Translations under genes and position numbers: made by a program
Notes under the pieces: model-generated
What the model was told of the DNA's origin: nothing
What the model saw: only the letters and a program-made list of their open reading frames with translations
Databases searched by the model: none
In this document: positions 60,727 to 64,000 of the stretch, piece after piece
How positions within the stretch are numbered: position 1 is the first letter of the stretch
Layout: every line of letters starts with the position of its first letter
NCBI GenBank assembly: GCA_965202585.1
Contig: OZ241829.1
Coordinates: 20,708,001 to 20,772,000 of the forward strand
DNA from: Thalia democratica
Lineage: Eukaryota
Length of the DNA: 64,000 nt
Reading direction: 5' to 3'

Positions 60727-63700
60727 CTGAAAAGATTTTATAAATTTTATTCCTAAAGTATTTATAATTTGATGTTAATATTTATTTTTAGAAATCAAAA
60801 GAAAGCTTCAATATAGCTTCTATTGTTTGTCTCTCATTTTTGAAGTATGTACTTAATATTTTTGTTTTATAGTAGTAACGTTAAATAAAAAATCAAGTTT
60901 ACTTCTATGGTAATGTTTAAAAAAAGTTAAGTCATCAATTAAATTCCAAGAGATTTGTTTGTTTAAAAAAAAGTTTAAAAGAGCTGTTGATGTTATTTTA
61001 CATTGAAATGATGTTAAAATGTATCTTAATCAAGCTACCGAAAAGGTTTAGAAACTAGATAAATAATAATCGTGTACAAATAAGAAATAATATTCATTTG
61101 TTCTAACAAAAAAAACACTTTAAAGATTATATTTTGAACTTTTGTGAGTTTACATTTAGAAAAATGTAATGCTTTCCATAAAACTTAATTTTTATAAGAA
61201 CTTTTACAAGACATTTTTTAATGTTTAGATTTTACTGTTGAAAATGCTTGCAAAGCGCCATACAAGTTTACCTTTCAAAAATTAAAATAAAATACGTTAG
61301 AAAAAGGTGTGCCCCATACAATTGTAACGTGAAACTGTTGTAATATTGATTTCTTTGTTTCGAATTCTTAATGCCAATTCGGAAGTGCGAAATCCTAAGG
61401 TTTTTGTGTACGGGTTAAACAAATATCGTAAAGTTTTATTATTTAAAAACATAAATCTAGTAAAAAAATTTTTTTCAGTTTTCCGTTTTATCTTAACCTT
61501 TTTCAAAAATACCTGCTAATAAGAAGTCAACCGAGTGTAAAGTTTTAATTTTGAATTGGTTCCATGAAAGTTGTCATTATGGATCAAACTTTCACTTTTA
61601 ACCTATAATATTGATTTTATAAACCTTTATTACCACCTGTGAAAGTTTAATTAAGTTCTTAATTTTCTTAAATTATAATTGCAAAGAAAAAGTTATAAAG
61701 CTTTAAACTTTTAGCTGTATACTTTAAGTGCTTGAAAATAATAAGTTGATTTTTTTTTTTGCTTTTATCACCTTTTGTTTTGAAAAGTTACCTTCATCAA
61801 ATAAATAAACATGCTGAATTTACAAAAATCGTTTTTTGCTTTACATTAATAAGCATGCTTTAAAACTTGTAAAGATAAAGAAAACTAATAAATGTACAGT
61901 GAAGTTAAAGTTTGAGCATTTCGTTCAACCTTTTAAAACAAGTACTTTGTTTGTCTCTAGCTGTAAAACACCTTTTAGATATTATTCAGATAACAGTGCT
62001 TTCTTTGAAGAGCAATTTATAAAATTTATAAAGTTTATAAAGGTTTATCACAGTACAACTTTAAAAAAAGCTAGTCTAAAATTTAAACTTGAACTTTAAT
62101 AAAGTGGTAATAGGATTAACTTACAGATTATACTTTAATTTATTATTTTTATTTAAACTTGTATAAACAACTTGTTTGAAACGTGTAATGATACAATAAA
62201 TAAACGCTCGTCAACCTTTAAAGTTTCTTTTAGTATTTACCATATTCTAAATTGAATTATTTCCAGTTTGTATTATTATTTTTGCTAACGTAAATCTGTG
62301 TCGACACGTAGTATTTTTGTTAGGGGGTGCGAAAAATTTGAATATGATTGTCTTTTACTTGTTTTAAAAAATCAAAATATAAAATAACGTTTTATGATTT
62401 TTTTTCTAATTGCCTAATTTAGAATTGTTTTTTTGGAAACTTTGCTGCTTATATAGTTAAAACTGTAGTAGCACATTTTTATTATAACCTCAAGTATATT
62501 TTGAAACTTTTGAAGCCAGATATTCACTGGTCTACACGATATAAATTGAAATTAGAAATAAACTTTACTTTTGCAGTATACAAACAGTTAGTTTGCACTT
62601 CAATATAAAAAGGTAGGCAAACCTCTTTTGCAAACAATAAAAACAAATTGTTCAAAACAAAATATGCGAGTTTGTGGTGAAAATAGCTTTTGACGGTTTA
62701 GCTTGCTCTTTTTTATGTACAAATTGCTTGATGTAGTTTTATTGAAGTAGTTTGAAATGAAATTGAAACTTTTAAAGGTTTATGACAATATATATGATGG
62801 ATTTGTCAATTTATTGTGCAAAGTAAATTTAGTTTTCAAAATTTCAAAAATTTTAAAACTTTCAAAGATTAGCTAATAGATAAGAACAGTCTAGTGTTCA
62901 GAAATTATCTCAAGTTATGCTATACATTATGACGTAAGAATAGTTTTCTATTGACTTTCTTAAAAAAAGGCACCATTTAAACTAGTTACAATATAAAGTC
63001 AAGTTTTTATTGGTTTTTAAAATTCTAATTAAACATCAAACAGTCTTGTTAAACAATTTTTTATTATAACTTAAAACAACATAACCCTAAAAGCTTATGT
63101 CGTTGTTTATGCTATTGTGCAACTAAAATGGATATATTTCTATAGCTTTTTAAATGTCTATTTTTGTATGCAAAACAAAAAATTGTATGACGCAAAAACA
63201 AACTTTTCTTATGTGAGTTATGCAAGCATGGCATAATTTTTTTTGACTTGTTTGAACAGTAATTAAACTAATTGAAAGATTTGTGACAAATAGTGTTGTG
63301 TCATGTTGTTAGATATACAATACAAATTCCCTTGCGTAAAAGAAACTCTTTTGATGTCTATAGTCTGTGACACAGCAATGTGTCTTGTTATAATTTGCTC
63401 GTGTTATGATTGATCGTAATAATAGATGTTTAAACTCGTCTATGTTGTATAGAAAAGGTGTTTAGTAAAAAGAGGCTTTAAGAAAAAGTAGTATGTCGAA
63501 AGTATTTCAGTGTTTAGTGTTAAGAAAAGTGAAAGTTTAAGCACAAAAAATGAAACAACAGAACTTAATCAATTATAAAGATTAATTAAGCTTCTTGGCT
63601 GATTTAGTCAAGTCTAACAGAAATTTTTAGTATTTTAACTTAATGTCGTTCTACGTGCTTTTTACATGCTTGTTCTATCCATAGAACTATTATTAACGTG

Positions 63701-64000
63701 AGTTTCCTCATCAAATTGAGTAGAATTTCCCTTACAAGTCACGATTATAACTAAGTTAAGTTTAACGCGCGTTTAATTATAACTTTGGCGGGAAGTTTAA
63801 TTTTAAGTGAGGAAAACAATAACAACATAACTTGGTTATAGCGATGGGTGGTAAAAAACACTTAAATTTACTAATTTGTTTCAAAAGTTAGAAAAAAAAG
63901 TTCAAAGATAGTACTAGCTGTTAACATACAAAACAGTTAAGCAAACAAACTAACTGTTGCGGAACTTTTGGTCACTTTAGTAAAATAATTTAGCAAAAAA

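Noticed and set aside
1-64000. CRISPR arrays, operons, rRNA/tRNA genes and the many 60-100 aa ORFs in AT-rich stretches
   Set aside because: The DNA is eukaryotic and spliced. No regularly spaced repeat-spacer array or structural RNA gene was recognised, and the short ORFs have intron-like composition.

Overview
This is AT-rich, intron-rich animal DNA, not prokaryotic. It is most consistent with a tunicate (inference): it contains an exact match to the 16-nt spliced leader I recall for Ciona (ATTCTATTTGAATAAG), a trefoil+TSP1 secreted protein and recurrent TGACGTCA palindromes. Four spliced genes were reconstructed by hand with phase-consistent GT-AG junctions: (1) a divergent Not/Emx/Vax-like homeobox gene (minus, 963-11460; exon 1 tentative); (2) a 5-exon orphan secreted protein with a Gln/Ser/Gly block and a Lys/Pro (SPKK) tail (plus, 28895-31448); (3) an 18-exon, 822-aa secreted protein with trefoil domains and six TSP1 repeats (plus, 34972-47556); (4) a 5'-partial, disordered protein of about 1150 aa (minus, 60726 to about 50689). 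Mobile DNA includes a Buster-type hAT transposon with intact TIRs and an 8-bp TSD, a decayed CR1/L2-type LINE, two Penelope-like GIY-YIG remnants, a MITE and a fold-back element. The most striking observation is a 225-bp intronic insertion flanked by a 15-bp duplication. It carries palindromic spliced-leader copies directly upstream of a hammerhead-ribozyme core. Related hammerhead copies lie at 17.4 kb, and a separate minimal hammerhead follows the Penelope remnant at 46.4 kb. No rRNA, tRNA or CRISPR array was recognised. All gene models are manual and lack transcript support.
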